DNA from: Chrysomallon squamiferum
Taxonomy: Eukaryota > Animalia > Mollusca
Assembly (NCBI GenBank): GCA_012295275.1
Contig: CM022679.1
Location: 3,224,001 to 3,288,000, forward strand
Reading direction: 5' to 3'
DNA: 64,000 nt
Positions 50,216-64,000 of the stretch are shown piece by piece; positions within the stretch are counted from its first letter, which is position 1; the number at the start of each line of letters is the position of its first letter. The notes below the pieces were generated by a model, which worked only from the letters and a program-made list of their open reading frames with translations, made no database searches and was not told the DNA's origin. The translations under genes and the position numbers were made by a program.

Positions 50216-50794
50216 AAGGTTTGTTTACTGTGGTCTACTTGTCTACAGTCATTTGGTACACATCTGTTACCATGACAGCATATTTACCAGTGAACGGCTT
50301 AGTCATATTCTGGTATTTATTAGTATCCTAGACTGACAATAAAAATAACATTATTAATTGTTTAGCTTTGATCAAGAATGCCATTTAGAAATTCCTTTTT
50401 GTTTGCCCCCAAAATTTTACATTACATATTTTGTAACTTAAAATAGCAGCTGAAATATATTTTCCTTACTTTTAGTAAAAAAAAATCTGAACAAAAACAC
50501 AATTTCCCTGAAGCAAATACTTATATTATGATTACATTAATATTTATTTATTTATTTATTTATTTATTAGGTTTTTCCTTTCTTTCTTCCTTTTATCCTT
50601 GTTTGATTATCTAGAAATAATCTTTGTAATATAATTTTAATTTTTCTGTATTTATCACTATAAACCAATAATCAATTCATAATCAGTTAACTTATACAAA
50701 TTTTCTAGGTTACAATAATAAAAAATAAAAATTCACTGCACAAGGCAAAGCTTGACTGCTTGACTGCTCACACTTAAATACTAATTTCCTAACA

Positions 50795-51220
50795 GCTGCA
50801 TCAATATTTATCATAAATAGCTTAACATTTATCATAAACACATCAACAGTTAATATGCATGTCAATATTTAACATACATTAACATCTGACATAAACACAT
50901 CAACACATACAACATACACACATCAACATTTAATATAAAAAAAACCACATTCAATGTATATACATCACCACTTGATATAAACACATCAAAATTTAATATG
51001 CATATCAATATGTAATATACATCAACATCTGACATAAACACATCAATATTTAATGCATACACACATCAACATTTAATGAATATTCATCAGCATCTGACCT
51101 AAACACATCGGCATTTAACATCAACATTTGACATATATCAACATTTAAAATAAACACATCAACATTTAACATGCATCAATATTTAAATTAAACACATCAA
51201 CATTTAACACACACACATCA
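50795..51220. repeat. ~20-bp degenerate minisatellite (ACACATCAACATTTAA)
   Basis: Repeated catcaacat cores. Confidence 0.85.
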
Positions 51221-52533
51221 GTAAGAGTTAACAGGAAACATCTCACTTGTTAGACTTACTGCAAGACTGAGGTATGAAGGATCACTGGTTCAATTCTCAT
51301 TAGAGTGATCACTGAGGTATTTCCCATTCCACTGGGTTGGAACAAATATTGTGAGTGTTTTTTTGAGTGAAATTCAATGACGTTATTTAAATATTTGTAC
51401 GTAGATTCATTCATCTGCATATATGCTGTTTTGTTCATCTATTAGAATATGTATAATTTTATACATGATATAGTTCAGTCATGTGTAAAATGAAATTTCA
51501 TCCTTCAAACACCAGCTATTGAAAAATGCTACAAACTTTTTGTTCCAACCCAGTAGTTAGTATCTTATGACTCCTTTATAAAATTCACAGTGTATTTTTT
51601 TCCTGTCTGTGGGAAGGTATACTAAAACGAACGCTAACTTGCTAAATTATCTTAGAACTCTCTGTGTAGAATGTATACAGAACACACATTCATTCATCAC
51701 TGTTAGAACTGTTCTAAAAATAACCCCACACCCACAAAACTGATGAAAATAATCTCAGATTTCCTCTTTAACATGGTCATTAAATTCAGACTGAAATAAA
51801 TATTCATCATTACTAAATTAAGTAGAAATGTCATTAAACATTTATTCACTGATTAATGTAAAATATGAAAAAAATTCAGTAAAGAATGTTATCTCTTGTG
51901 TAGCACTAAGTATAAAGTCATTAATATCTGCTTTAAAGCAATATTAAATGCAAAACCGTGTTGTCATGGTAATTAAATAGATATTAAGTAATAAATAATA
52001 ATTTGAAAATAATAGCTAAGACAGTTTTGTGTTTTAGAATTAATAAAAATTGAAAATAAAAAGTTGATATTAAAAAATGATGTAAAAATAATTGAAGATT
52101 GTTTTGAATATATTTTTCGCTGTTTATAGGAATTTGTTTGTAAAATCATGTGTGAAAATGTTTTCAAAATGATTTTTTAATGGAAGTAACAATGTTGATT
52201 TTTGTTTTATTTCAAAGTGAGGTGTGGTAACATTAAAACAAATGTTAAATTCTTTTATTTTTTACATTTTTAAATTCAGATGAGATCACTGGTTTGAATT
52301 TTTTTTTTTTTTTTTAAATAAATAAATAAAAATAAAAAAAAAAAAGAAAAAAAGAAAAAAAAAAAACAAATAAATAAAATAAAAAAAAATTTTAAAAGAA
52401 TATTAAAAAATTCCAAATTTTTTAAATTTATTAAATTATTTTTTTTAAATTAATTATTTCGTTTATTTAAGCAAAAGTAATGAATATTAATAATTAAAAT
52501 TGCCAAGTTGATTAAAAAACAAGATTTTAATAA

Positions 52534-52564
<31 letters not shown>

Positions 52565-52574
52565 GTAACAAAAC

Positions 52575-52653
<79 letters not shown>

Positions 52654-52956
52654 TCAAAACAAAATGATAGATAATTATTTAAAACAAAAATGTAGATAAT
52701 TATAATATAATAATAATAATAATAGTAGTAGTAGTAGTAGTAGTAACAGTAATAATAACAATTTAAATGAAAATGATGTTTAAGCCAGCAGTAATGATTT
52801 TGAATTATTCAGTAAATCACATATTTAATTAGAAAAAACACTAAAGATATAAGCTACTTATTTAAATACTTACTAGTGAAGCATTAAACATGTACATCAC
52901 AGGATAATTGAAATAAATGTTTATTTCCTTAAAAATGAAATATGGCTCTTCAGATA

Positions 52957-53132
52957 TGTGTGTTTATGTATGTATGGGTTGTGTATTTGTATGTGTTTGT
53001 ATTTGTATGTGTGTGTATTTGTGTGTGTTTGTGTGTGTATGTATGTGTGTGTATTTGTGTGTGTATGTATGTGTGTATTTGTGTGTGTATGTATGTGTGT
53101 GTTTGTGTGTGTATGTATGTGTGTGTATGTGT
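52957..53132. repeat. (TG/TATG)n repeat
   Basis: Direct reading. Confidence 0.92.
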
Positions 53133-55556
53133 TAGTGTGTATACCAGCATGTAAGTGAGATTTACCTTTTTATTATATCCTTTTTATTATATCCTTTTTC
53201 TGTCATGAAAAATTTATGACTGAACAAAATTTCTTGAGGACAGCCACAAAATGTTTTTTTCTTCTAAGAAACAGAAACCACAAACACATCAAAGACATTA
53301 CTGTCATTTGAGTAACAAATTGATATAACCACACCTGTTTTGTGTATTGCCGTTTCCATGACAACTAGCAAGCACATTTTCAATAGTTCAGAAATAGCTG
53401 AAGACAAACAAAGAAATCAATCTGAGATTTGATGATTTTAGCATGTAATGTCCTTTGCTTTGCAAAGTCTGTCTTGTTTAAACCATTAACTCTGTCTTAT
53501 TTGTATATATGAACAGAAAGACAAACAAACAAACAGACACGTACACATATAGGCATAAATACATACACACATAAGTGTGTGTCTGTATATGTGTATTGAT
53601 GGATGGATTTATATATATATATATATGTATATGGATGTGGATGCATGTGTGTTCATCTGTTTGAGTACATGCATGGAAAATTTAAACTATGAATTTTTTA
53701 ATACTAAACTATAAAATGGAAATTCACATAATTAAATATGAAAATTATGTTAATAATTCTTGAAGCATTTACAGAAACAAATTATAACATTCTACAATGC
53801 ATTAAGCTAAATGTAATACATATCATTTAAACCAGTGGTTCACATTTGTAAGTATTTAATTGAAATGTATTGTTGTGTGTATGAATGTATGCATGTATTT
53901 ATGTGACTGCATATTTTTAGAATTCACTGTTTGTATCTCAGCTGGGAACATGTTCATTATTACTTACCTAGCAGGAAAATTATCTACCTCGTCAAATATC
54001 TTTGTAAAATAATTATTGTGCTGAACATTTTTATTTTTATAGGATGCATATGTGTGTAAGATGTATGAAGGATTCCTACAGTATACTTAATTTGGAAATA
54101 CAGGTAGATAAACACCTGTAAAAACACAGGTAAAAAATGCATAGTTCACCTGCCAGGGAGATGTAAATTAAGAAGATAATATTTAATATATACTGTGTAA
54201 AAAGGTTCATTATATGTTATTATGTGTTAAAATGCACGTGCTAATGAATGTTATTTTTAAACAAGTGGTAATATCTAAATTAAAACATGTCAGTTCATAC
54301 AGGAGATAATGAACATGATAATGGGTATAAATTAAAATATCATTGTTACACCCCACTTGTCGATTATTATATAACATGTTTGTTAATATGCATTTTACTG
54401 TTAAGGATTTAAAACTTATAGACATAAAAGTAAATTAAAAATAAGCTTTTTCAAATTGACAATACTCTTAGCCAACAGTTCCATAGCGTTAGGTTGCAGA
54501 TGGGGTTTTGTTTAACAAAAGTTAATACAACAACGGTGACAACGCCTATATTAATGGCTTATAAATTTTAAAGTATCACTGCACACACCCACCAGTTCTG
54601 ATTTATGACAAAATCTTTATATATTGAATAAGTTTATATTCATTGTACACTGTGGTTTTAGTGTTCAGTTAACAGTTATAAAATATAAATATTATGCGTA
54701 ATAAATCTATCTTTGATGTCTAACTTATCTATTTATTTTAATTTTATTAGAATTTTTGTAATGCAGATAGTAACTTAATATAACAGTAATAATTAGTAAA
54801 AGCAAAACCAAATTTAGGAATCTTTTTAAAATTATTTATTTATATATTTATTTATTTATTTCTTAAAATGTTATTATTATTATTATTATTATTATTTTTA
54901 TAGTTATTATTATTATCATAAATTTCTCTTTGTTACAGACATAAAGATGATACCATTAACAAATCTTGAAAATTAAAATTGTGCTTTCCCTTTAAAATAA
55001 TTTAGATCAATGAATATAACAATAACAAAAGTTTAAGAGAAGTTAAGCTCTGATATATCTTTACGCCTCCCCTTAACAAAAAATACTTGGGTCTGCCTTG
55101 CTGTATCGTTAGTACATGTTACATAAGTAAAAATCGTGTTTTTCAGACCGTATAATTAATGAAGATATCTGCCCCTTTTTGAAAAATAATTGATCTCCGC
55201 TTGTAAATAATAATAAGAAAACCGCGTGTTAGAGATGATAAGGAAGTCACTGTGTAATTGAAAAATCTGAAACGTTGATGTTGCAAGCGGTGTGGATGTA
55301 GTCGTAACCCCGCTGTTGACTCAGTGTAGACTGCCAGTTTAAATATATATTTGTTTAGACGCTGTTCAAAGTTTTCAGATTCTACATTGAAATTGTCATA
55401 GCTAATAATTATTGTCAAATATTGACGGCAAAACTGTCCAAACAAAAATTTACTTGTCTATGAAGTAACCGTAACGCGCTGGTCTTTATGTACAGGTTGA
55501 GTTTAAACAGAGTTTTAATAGAGCAACTACCGGTAAACAGAGATGAAAGAATAATT

Positions 55557-55560
<4 letters not shown>

Positions 55561-55632
<72 letters not shown>
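55561..55632. repeat. (TC)n(AC)n compound microsatellite
   Basis: Direct reading. Confidence 0.95.
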
Positions 55633-55633
<1 letters not shown>

Positions 55634-55830
55634 ATGAATCACATTTTTCCTTCTTTCTTTCTCTCTCTCGCATCGTCTTTCTTTCTCTCACTGTCTTACT
55701 ATTTGCTTAAACTTTTATATTACATATCATCTATAACTAAACATTTTGAAAAAAGAAAAAGACGAAGAAGAAGAAACTGGATATCACAAAATAAATCTTT
55801 GAGAAAACAGAAAAAACTATTTTGATTTAC

Positions 55831-56640
55831 CTTAATGTCTTCCTCAGAACAAATTTCCAGTCGGCTCAAAAACCGGATCTCATCTACATCAGTTTCTGCG
55901 GTCAGAGAATGAAATAGATTTGTCCATTCTCGCAGTTCTTCATCTTTCCTTACGTAAGTTAATTTAATTCATGTTCAAAGAAAAATGGCTGACAGCTTTT
56001 TCTTGAAAGATGAAACAAACAATAATCAACTGACTATAAAATTGAAAAGAATTTTTTTTTTCACTTCTCGATAATTGTTGTCTCTGTGAAATTTCTCCAA
56101 GGAAATTGACAAGTGATTTTTTTTTTACTTGAAAAGTGTAATCAACAACACTTCATTTCACATAAAATTGTCAACGAAAATTTTTTCCGCTGAAACTAAG
56201 GAAATTGACAAGAAGCGTCACCTCTTGAAATGGACAATGTTGTTAGCGGACGAACCAAACCGTTATGTTACCGAATTCCGTTTTCTTCTTCTTCTCCTTC
56301 TTTTATGTTGTCATACCTGAAATATACAAAATGAACACATTAATGTCAATATCATCATCGGAACCAATAATAATAATAATAATAATAATGACAATAATAA
56401 TAATAAATATTTTTGAAGGGGGAAAAAAAAAAAATAACATTAATTTTCAAAAGATGTATCGTTATCTGTTTAAGAAATATTTTCATAACACAAACGGATT
56501 CCCATGTTTTCGCACAAATTCCGCTACGGCTTTTGTGAGCGAGGAAATAAATTTTAGCGGGAAGCTGTGGAAGAGAAAAAGTGCGTGTACTGCGAGTTTA
56601 GAAATCCAGAGGAACTTTATCAAAGCGACCCGCTTATAGA
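55831..56640 (-). promoter_or_regulatory. Candidate promoter / non-coding first exon of the main cadherin gene
   Basis: AAG|GTAAAT donor at 55830 in a CpG-richer island just beyond the CpG-depleted gene body; TATAAG-like element near 56633-56638; TSS not determinable. Confidence 0.35.
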
Positions 56641-56716
56641 TTGATAACACAAACATTGTTTAAACTCGTTGTGAAATATCTCCCAGGCATAACTAGACTG
56701 TTTCCTTTCTGCGTTA

Positions 56717-56839
<123 letters not shown>

Positions 56840-57508
56840 TGTATCTAATAAAAATAAATAAATGTTTAAGTATAAAATATACCAATCAGTCGATAGAAAT
56901 CAAACCAAACAAATTATAAATCGACAAATTAATTAAATAAAATAAAAATGTATAGAAAATAAAATAAAAATAAATAGAAAATAAATAGATAAATAAATAA
57001 ATAAAAAAAAAAAAAAAAAAAATAAAAAAAAAAAAACCAAAAAACATAACAGTTCACTTTCTTAAAAAACCCACCTAAGATACAATAATAAACACAAAAT
57101 CGTTCTTACTAAGATTACTGATATTTTCACCACCTACCCGTGTAGATCTTTATCCGAAAAACCAAGGAGAGCCCCTTTTCTAAATACCTTGTTTTCTTTT
57201 GTTTAACAGAAAAACATAAAAACTACGAGATAAAATCGTCCTTGTCCTAAAATCCTGAGATGCTGTGATGAGGACAGAGTAATATCAGCTTAATCTTTAC
57301 CTGCTTTCTGAAACACCCAAAATAGCCAAATATCCATAAACCACGAATACATCTACCAAAGTAAAATACCTGTCTATCTAGGTAAGCTAGATATTTGTAT
57401 ATTAATGTCAGACTTGGTGTTTTCAACTGAAAAAACCTGTTTCGTTATTCTGTAACGTCATAGGAACAGTTATATATACGTGTGTGTGTGTGTGTGTGTG
57501 TGTGTGAT

Positions 57509-57539
<31 letters not shown>

Positions 57540-60500
57540 AATATATATAGAATGTATTTGTATTATTTAATTTTAACTGATCTAATAATTTATTATTATT
57601 ATTATTCTTTTTTTTTATAAAATAAAATATCAAAATAAATAAAATAATGACTGTTTAACGGTATATTATAAAGTAATTGCCCATAAAACTTATTTTTATC
57701 ACAGTCTGTAATTTTCGCGTCCTTGAAAATTAACACATGCTAAGCTCCGCGTGTTTTAATTGCCAGCGTTAATTCCAGCTATTTCAAAAATGGAGATGAT
57801 TTGTTTGTTCTTCCAACAAAGTCCTCCATCTTTTGTTGGTGTCTGACAATCACCTGAACGTGATAATTCCAGCAATTCCAGACGATACAAAAAAAAAATT
57901 ACTTTTGTTCTTTTGATACAAATATATTCTTGTCGTGATCTACATCTGTATCGATTCGTCTGAATTTATCTCTTTGTCTCTCCTTTCTGTCTATCTATGT
58001 ATCTAACTATGTATCTATATATTGTTTATTCTTTTTCGACTCTTTATTTATCATTTGTCTGTATTTCGATTTCTTCCTATTGTTACTTTATTCATTCATT
58101 CTTATTTCTATTATAGTCTTCTTTTCAGTTTTTCTTAGTAACTTTTTCTATTTATTTCATTCTTTCTTCTTTAACTTACTTACTTACACTGATTTATTCA
58201 TCTATACGTTCTGATATTCATTTTACTGTGTGTCCAATTGTAAGAAGTTAATTCTAAACATCATTTTCAACACACGTTCATGCAACGTCAGCAAACCGCA
58301 CACCAACTTGATATCAAACCACGAAACATCAGCATATTGACTGTAAAATAACACACACACGTGCAATGTTAGAACAGACGTCTCGACAAGACAAGATCAC
58401 GAAACCTTCAAACACAACTTTGACAGACGTGCACTGTAGACCAGTATGGACACTGCTGCTAAGTCCAATGACATCTTGACCTTAGGCTAACATGCGGCCA
58501 GAGGTCAGTTTGTTGACGAAATGTATCACAGAACAAGTCTTTGTCTTTCACCTTGGCACCGTGTTTAGTAAAGCAGGCGAGTAACTATTTGGAAATATTC
58601 AGGTAAAACAGGGACACAACTGAAAGGAAGGTCTGGGACAGGGGACGGGATTTTGGAAGGGCGTGTTAAAATGTTAGAGTAGGATTTTATTCTTTAAGAA
58701 ACTGATTCCATCATGATTATCATCATTATTATTATTAGTTGTAGTAGTTGTAGATATAGTAGTAGTAATAATTATAGCTGTGGTAGTAGCACCTGGTTTT
58801 ATTATTAGTTTTGGATTTTAGTTTTATTATTGTTGTTGCTGCTGCTGTTGTTGTCGCTGTTTTTGTTGTTATTATTGGGATTTCGTTGCTGTAGTTGTGG
58901 TAGTTGTAGGTATTATTAACAACAAAGATAACACTCAGTACTTCTACAAGTCAAGGAGTTTTCGCCAGTGTGCCTCAAATGTTCTTAGTTTGATTAAACG
59001 GTTATTGATTCCGCCATTTTGAAATATTTACCTCGTTGTCTGATGTACTGATTGTTTTGATTGGATGTTTATTCCAAGCTTTTCCTTAATTACTGACAAG
59101 AAATATCACGTGATCTTATTACGCTGTGAGATGACAAATCCAGTTTTCTAATAAACTAGCACTCACATTAACATGGGGAAATAACCCAATCTTCGGTATT
59201 TGTGCCCAACACAAGCGTGCTTTTGACTGTAGTGAATTACATTTATAACGGTTGTTTTGTTAATAATTTAGCATTCATTTTTGTGAAGCATCTTCCAAAC
59301 AATTTTATTTTATTTTATTTTATTTTATTTTATTTTATTTTACATTTTATTTTATAATTTTTTTTTATATTATTTTATTTACTTATTTATTTTTTTTTTT
59401 AATTTTAATATTTTTTCAAAAAATATATGAAAGTTTGTTTAACGACGCTTGAACACACAAGTATTAACGTGTTTTGTTTTTTTACACAGATGATATCACA
59501 GAGCAGAAACCAGCTGTCGCAAATACTCGAGTTACTCTTGTCAATAAACTGCGTGGGTTTTTTGTGTATGAATATTCTAGAGACAAAAACACCAATACAA
59601 CGACCTTTGATGTACTGTTCCGATCAGAGAAAAATAGGACGCAGTTTGAGTACTGACAAAATAGTTTGTGTCAAAAAACGTTTATTATTATTATTTTTCA
59701 TGTTAAAGAAAAATATTTCATTTCGAAAATATTGCCACCAACACTCATATCCTTCTTTGAAATCCTAACACTATTGATAAACTGCTGTGCTATTAGAACT
59801 ATACTAATTTATTAGTAGTGTTGTTACAGATATTAGTAATACTATTACTGTTGCTAAAATTACTAAAATGCTAGTACTTATACTAATATCACCGTTATTT
59901 ATTGATGATGATGTTATTCACAACAACATGAACAATAATAATAATAATATCATAAATTATAATAATAATCATAATAATAATAGTAATAATAACAACAACA
60001 ACATTTTATTTTACAAAACAAGTTCATTAAACAAAATTTCTCTTGAATCTTTGCTGATTTATAAATAATACATAGATTTTTGAACTTAAATATTTTCTGC
60101 TGTTTACCATTTTGTATTACACCCGTTGAATACTAAATAAAATCATCTGTAGCTATTATTAAAAACGAAACCCTGGGTATTTCAAGTCGGTACACGGCTC
60201 ATTTCATGAACTAATGCGTCAGTAAGCACAAAATGTAAAATTATTTTCATTTTCTCATGGCCCATTTAATAAATATTTATTGTAAGTGTGAAAATAATAG
60301 TTTTTTTAAGTATTATGTTTATTAAACGGACGATGTCATGGTTCGTGTGTGTTGTAGTCGTATTAAAACACTCAAGGTTAGTCAGTGTTTGAGTCTCGGT
60401 TGGTGTGATTATTATCACTGTGAACCAAGAACTACTACAACTACTGCTGTTAAACAGGTCGACTACGACTACCATAAACAACAACAACAACAGCAACTAC

Positions 60501-60713
60501 TACTACTACTAGTATTACTACTACTGCTGCTGCTGCTTCTATAAGACCAGCATTAAAATAATTATCACCACAAATATTATAATAATAATAATATTAATAC
60601 AAATAATTACAACAACAATAACAATAACAATAACAACAACAACAACAACAATAATAATAATAATAATAATAATAGTAATAATAATAATAATCATCATCAT
60701 CATCATCATCATC

Positions 60714-60749
<36 letters not shown>

Positions 60750-63561
60750 TTTATAATGATAATGAAATATTTATTTTTCTTATTTCTTCATCTTCTCCCT
60801 GTCTCTCTTCTTTTTATTCTTCTTCTTTTTGAGCTGTGTCACTTTGATAGGTGTTCAAGTGGTGCATGTGGAGGAGGTAGTTAAAAATACACTACTTCAC
60901 TTTGTTAACAACTATGTCCTGTTGACGCTTCAGCAAACTGCCTCAGTGAGTGTAAGTTAAATATAAACTTACAACTCGATGAAACAGATAACCCATTATG
61001 ATGTGATGAATAATATTTACATACATATACATTTACCTACATGCATACATACATACATACATACATACATACACACATACACACACATATACACACATAC
61101 ATACATACATACACACATATACACATACAAATAAATACATACAGACATACATACATATATAAATACGAACGTACTCAAACAGACATGTATGAATACAAAA
61201 AATTCTCGTACTTATTCATGCACAAACACACAGAGCTAATACGTAAACAAATTTACCGAAAATTGATATCTTTCCCCAGAGTGTATACTCTAAGGTATAA
61301 TTACTCGGTTAAATAGATGACTTCATCAGGATTAAATGATTTTACAGTTTTATTCCAACAATCGCCTGAACATAATACAGCCAATCAGAGTGACGTATGT
61401 ATTTACTTGTCATTGATTTAACTATAAAAACACTAATTTCATACGTAACTAGACGTGTTGCTTGGCAACAGAAGACAATTTTGATACACGTTCAAATTGC
61501 ATACTGTTTGGAATCAGTGTTCCTGATCACGTTTTCCCATATATATATATTATATATTTTATATATATATACATATATATATACATACATACACATACAC
61601 ATATATAGGTAGAACAAAAATTGGTATTTGGAAGAAGTTAAAAAAACAATAACTTTGGATCTATATTAAATATATTTAAAATATATTCAGGCTCTGTGAA
61701 TACTTTAACAAAACAAAAAATAAAATAAAACAGTCGGAGGAACAGTAATTACACGTACACTGCATGTCAGCGTATGGCAGGTACACGTTGAAAAAAGACT
61801 GGACGAGAGCTTTCATGGTTCTGCGTGTCAGCGTGTGTTTTGTGTAGTAACAAACTTGTTAATGGCTGCAGCACAAAGCCAGACACGCAGTAAAGACTAA
61901 ACACTCTTTCGCGGTTTATTGGTGTTTGTTTGCTAAACGTTAACTCACTTCCCTGATACAAACACAGTCTGACTAACCCGCCCGGCTCTGTGTACGGTTT
62001 TATGAGTACAAAACACATTAACGTGAATCAACGTTAGTCCATTAAGTGAAAGTCTTGTAAATACGTGGTTAATAGATCTGTCGGTGACTTTAAAATTTAG
62101 CTCTCTTCTGTGAAACTGTGACGTTGTCTTGCTCTGTATTTAAAATGATAATGTCTTCTTCCTCTTTGAAGAAAGAGTTCCCAAACGTTCATAACACCCA
62201 GTCAATGATTTAGTGAGTATTCTGTCAGTGAACTGTTCAGTAAGGTGTTATTCAACTAATAGTCAGTATATCGCTGTCAGTTAGTAATGAGGGCGAATCT
62301 GTCTGTGTGTCTGTCTGTCTGTATGATAAAAGCTCATTTAGTAACGCTTTTCTTTCAGTATTTAATATTTATAGTTGAAAATATGAGATGTATCAGTTAG
62401 AAAAAGAAAATTTAAAATGAAAGATATATTTATCTGTCTATCTATCTATCTTTCTATATATCTATATATATTATTTAATAAAGGAAATAAAAATATGAAT
62501 AACAGGCAAAGAAAATACGAATTTCAGAATTAATTGTAATAGAACATTTCAACAAAACAACAAAATCAACAACAACACCATAATTTATATAAAACAAAAG
62601 TTAAATAATAAGAAGAAGATGAAGGAGAAGAAAAAAAAAAAAAAAAAAAAGGAAGAGAAATGAAAACAGCACTGAACCCGTTCAAACCAAACAAACAAAT
62701 AAACAAATAAATAAATAAATAAAAAATTTAAAAAACTATATATTTAAAAAAAATAATAATAATAATTAAAAAAAATAAAATAAAATAAAATAATAATAAT
62801 AACAACAACAATACAACGTGAATTAAAGAAAAAGAAAAAGGTTACAACTACTGATATTTTCTCATACTTGATTTAACACGATTGTCTCCGAACTGCTGAA
62901 AAACAAACACGTGTGTTTGTGTTTTGTTTAACTTGTTTACTTAGCTCAGAGTTAGGAGAAATACGACAAACTATTCTTTCAGCACGAAAAACTCGCCTTC
63001 TTCTCCACATCTGAAGAAAACTGAGTAAACAGTAGTAAAATGGCGACAGTTCATTCTTCTGCCCTGTAGTACATACACGACAAGCGTACTTGAACAGTTT
63101 GACAGAGAAACTCTACCACAAATTACTTACGACATATATTCATACAATGACGTTGTTATAAAGTTCAAAAATACTGTTTTATAATACTACAAATACTACT
63201 ACTACTACTACTACTACTACTACCTAGTAATAACTTTATTAATATGTAGATGGTTTGTCTGTTTACAGAAATACATTTGTACATGTTTTTATTTATTTTT
63301 ATTATTATTGTTGTTTTTTTTTTTTTATTTTTTTTTTTCGGTTATAAATAATAATTAAAATGAACGTATTATAAACAGAATCTATAATTTTAATAAAACA
63401 GAAATATTCAAAGAATATCAAAATATTGAAAAGTTCAATGGTGGAAGCACAGCATTAACAACAACGTCAGCAACAATAGCAACAACAAAAGCAATAATAA
63501 TAATAATAATAACAACAGCGTTACTACTACTGCTTCTACTACTACCACCACTACCACCACC

Positions 63562-63598
<37 letters not shown>

Positions 63599-63926
63599 TT
63601 AATAATAATAATAATAATAAGAAGAAGAAGAAGAAGAATGAAAAAAGTGCAAAATCACTGTGTTTATTCCCTTGTCAAAAACAATCGTTTTTGTTTGTAA
63701 CGTTTTTCCCCTGGTTAGAATTAACTGAAAGTTCTAATGAACTTGTTGTTACAACTCAACATCAGAGAAGCGGACGAAAGCAGACTTTGTCAAACAAATT
63801 TGGCAAACCGCGCTAAGCCGGATAATCCGATCTATAACCAAGAACAGAACACTTTGATGTGGTGTACACTTCAACATGTCTGAAATGTCCACACAATGTA
63901 ATTAAAACAAAGATACTTATCGTGGG

Positions 63927-63930
<4 letters not shown>

Positions 63931-64000
<70 letters not shown>
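63931..64000. repeat. (CT)n microsatellite to window end
   Basis: Direct reading. Confidence 0.97.

Noticed and set aside
49655-51220. Regular repeats resembling a CRISPR array
   Set aside because: Tandem degenerate units with no unique spacers, eukaryotic context and no cas genes.
55831-55968. 46-codon open frame in the candidate first exon as an N-terminal extension
   Set aside because: No ATG in that frame, and it meets the in-frame TGA just upstream of the start codon in the next exon.

Overview
This is AT-rich, microsatellite-dense animal genomic DNA; the taxon cannot be fixed from sequence alone, though it is lophotrochozoan/mollusc-like. Most ORF-track entries are simple-repeat artefacts. 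The main content is a complete minus-strand Cad87A/CDHR-type non-classical cadherin gene, reconstructed by hand as 35 coding exons (46228 down to 15122, about 1926 aa). The protein has a signal peptide, 14 EC repeats, a membrane-adjacent domain, one TM helix and a cytoplasmic tail with NPIY and a C-terminal PDZ-binding motif (TTEI). All splice phases fit except an apparent +1 frameshift in exon 25. Features absent from the ORF track: (i) the first two coding exons and a probable promoter of a second, tandem cadherin-like gene running off the left edge; (ii) candidate 6-, 15- and 30-nt microexons plus a 39-nt stop-containing exon giving an alternative PDZ-type C-terminus (QTRF), all in the unusually long introns of the cytoplasmic domain; (iii) a CpG-depleted, strand-biased gene body bounded by CpG-richer flanks.
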